Assembly: GCF_964355755.1 (NCBI RefSeq)
Contig: NC_092673.1
Coordinates: forward strand, 27,401,648 to 27,465,647
Direction: 5' to 3'
Origin: Antedon mediterranea
Lineage: Eukaryota; Animalia; Echinodermata
Length of the DNA: 64,000 bases
In this document: positions 63,601-64,000 of the stretch, piece by piece
Layout of the letters: the number at the start of each line of letters is the position of its first letter
How positions within the stretch are numbered: the first letter of the stretch is position 1
Program-made: the position numbers and the translations under genes
Notes under the pieces: model-generated
The model's input: only the letters and a program-made list of their open reading frames with translations
What the model was told of the DNA's origin: nothing
Databases searched by the model: none

Positions 63601-63909
63601 ACTCCCCACCATTGGAGAGCCCCTTAGGAGTACTAAAAGAGTTGACAGTATTTGTGAAATGGAAGTCAGTTTGGTACTCCTGTCATTTGAAAATCCACTG
63701 ACCACTTGGCTTGACCTCTGGGTGAGACAATAAAATCCATCGTTCTCTCTTCAGTGGTAGCTCTACCAGAATGTGCTTCCATCAGATATGGATGACTGTT
63801 TTAAAGATTTGTGATATTATTTGTTTGTTTTTTTCCACAGAAACGAGGTTTAGATATCGTGACAGCTCTGTCATTTCTGTTTCAACTCAGCTTCTCCAAA
63901 TTAGGAAAG
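60636..63909 (+). CDS. GTF2H4: General transcription factor IIH subunit 4 (p52/Tfb2), 5' part; continues beyond window
   Basis: Exons 60636-60778, 61303-61407, 61802-61933, 62277-62370, 62709-62800, 63280-63391, 63841-63909. Translation [45 protein letters not shown]...[17 protein letters not shown]...[19 protein letters not shown]...[25 protein letters not shown]. Confidence 0.95.
62033..62143. mobile_element. MITE family A copy, degenerate
   Basis: AAACTAGTTTGACAAAAAAGTGTGATG...AAAGTTTGATAGTGAAGACAGACCTTTA. Confidence 0.7.
62405..62590. mobile_element. Kolobok-like MITE fragment
   Basis: TTAAAGATGTATTGTCC terminus; TTGACTTCCAGTCAA is shared (as reverse complement) with the 2309-2854 copy. 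Confidence 0.55.
62914..63095 (-). mobile_element. 5'-truncated LINE 3' end with poly(A) tail in a GTF2H4 intron
   Basis: Minus strand reads ...GGCCACAATGGAAATAAG...GAATAAAGAAATG followed by an A-run of about 17. Confidence 0.5.
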
Positions 63910-63939
63910 GTTAGAAAGAACAATTCCGTTACAATTCTA

Positions 63940-64000
63940 AAGCTCTGTCTACACTATCAAACTAGTTTGACAAAAAATGATGTGCCCAAATATGGTAGTG
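63940..64000. mobile_element. MITE family A copy, cut by window end
   Basis: TA-AAGCTCTGTCTACACTATCAAACTAGTTTGACAAAAA. Confidence 0.8.

Noticed and set aside
63514-63620. Possible hAT MITE starting CAGTGGCGTA
   Set aside because: No matching right TIR or TSD could be found.

Overview
AT-rich, intron-rich animal genomic DNA, probably a marine invertebrate deuterostome (taxon inferred, not shown by the sequence). It is not prokaryotic, and no CRISPR array, rRNA or intact tRNA was seen. Four spliced protein-coding genes were reconstructed by hand with frame-consistent GT-AG junctions. They are Lhx2/9 (apterous-class LIM-homeobox; + strand, 5 exons, 6523-37332), MRPS18B (- strand, 6 exons including a 21-nt microexon), PPP1R10/PNUTS (- strand, 17 visible coding exons, start codon not located) and the 5' part of GTF2H4 (+ strand, head-to-head with PPP1R10). 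PPP1R10, MRPS18B and GTF2H4 are all human MHC class I region genes and LHX2/LHX9 lie on MHC-paralogous chromosomes, so the window looks like a piece of the ancestral proto-MHC linkage group. Lhx2/9 intron 3 holds an intact CR1-group LINE ORF2 and an 819-bp foldback element with IS3EU-type ends. Non-coding DNA is rich in MITEs of several superfamilies. The most unusual signal is a set of tiny (20-57 bp) CA...TG palindromic insertions flanked by 7-8 bp direct repeats. All identifications come from reading the sequence and recalled family motifs; no searches were run.
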